This document shows positions 37,295-37,888 of a stretch of 37,888 nt of DNA, one piece after another (position 1 is the first letter of the stretch; each line of letters starts with the position of its first letter). The stretch lies in the sequence record DRR378314_1703; one strand, written 5' to 3'. Both the position numbers and the translations under genes were made by a program. The notes under the pieces are model-generated. The model worked only from the letters and a program-made list of their open reading frames with translations. It was not told the origin of the DNA and did not search any database.

Positions 37295-37301
37295 TCAACC
37301 G

Positions 37302-37331
37302 ATCCGGCCCTGCCCGATGGTAGGGCCGGAT
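37302..37331 (+). terminator. Stem-loop after the SBP gene (mRNA stabiliser or partial terminator)
   Basis: ATCCGGCCCTGCC-CGAT-GGTAGGGCCGGAT, a 13-bp stem with one G-U pair. Confidence 0.6.
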
Positions 37332-37360
37332 ACAATCAGGCAAAGCTCAAGAAACTCCCC

Positions 37361-37888
37361 ATGTCCCAGCCGTCCCTCGTAACCACTGATCTGACGATCC
37401 GTTTCGGCGGCCATGTCGCGGTCAATCAAGTCAACTGTGCCTTTCACCCCGGTGAAACCACGGTGATTGTTGGCCCCAATGGTGCCGGCAAGACGACCTA
37501 TTTCAACCTGATATCAGGCCAGCTTGCTGCATCTTCTGGCAAGGTACACAAAGGCAGCACCGACATCACCGCCCTGTCCCCGTCTTCACGTGCACGGCTG
37601 GGTGTTGGCCGTGCATTTCAGCTGACCAACCTGTTCCCACAGCTCACCGTGCTTGAAAATATCCGCCTTGCGGTACAAGCCCGCGCGGGTGCCGGTTGGG
37701 GGCTGTTGCGCCGGGCGCATCGATTGCTGGAACTCAAAGCAAGCGCTGAAAAATACCTTGAAGCAGCGCAGCTGACCGACAAGGCCTATTTACCCGCTTC
37801 TGCCCTGCCCCATGGCGACCAGCGCAAACTCGAGGTTGCATTGTTGATGGCGATGGAACCGGACATCTACATGTTCGACGAACCCACC
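37361..37888 (+). CDS. LivG-like ABC ATP-binding protein (truncated by window end; not in ORF track)
   Basis: Hand translation MSQPSLVTTDLTIRFGGHVAV...GPNGAGKTTYFNLISG...GRAFQLTNLF...LPHGDQRKLE...MFDEPT. Confidence 0.9.
   Translation, partial: MSQPSLVTTDLTIRFGGHVAVNQVNCAFHPGETTVIVGPNGAGKTTYFNLISGQLAASSGKVHKGSTDITALSPSSRARLGVGRAFQLTNLFPQLTVLENIRLAVQARAGAGWGLLRRAHRLLELKASAEKYLEAAQLTDKAYLPASALPHGDQRKLEVALLMAMEPDIYMFDEPT

Overview
A 37.9 kb gene-dense window from what looks like a marine Rhodobacteraceae/Roseobacter-group alphaproteobacterium (inferred from gene content). No mobile elements, RNA genes or CRISPR arrays were recognised. In order: the end of a peptide ABC substrate-binding gene, an M24 peptidase and an XRE-cupin regulator; hemF; arsR-acr3-arsC; a urease operon ureD-A-(59-aa His-rich miniprotein missed by the ORF track)-B-C-E-F-G, divergent from urtABCDE; then an 8-gene aromatic catabolic operon (reductase, Rieske dioxygenase alpha and beta, CoA ligase, Cys-less thiolase-fold protein, DUF35/OB-fold-pseudo-SDR fusion, isatin-hydrolase-like cyclase, SDR). 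That operon sits beside a divergent MarR and a TRAP transporter, and its promoter shares a 17/19-identical operator-like motif with the TRAP promoter. It strongly resembles iad-type indole-3-acetic acid (auxin) degradation loci. Converging on it are an AraC/FeaR-like regulator, an aldehyde dehydrogenase and a secreted copper amine oxidase, which could make IAA from tryptamine. The window ends with an Fe-ADH, a PAS-LuxR regulator and the start of a Liv-type ABC system. All family assignments come from motifs and remembered sequences, not from database searches.
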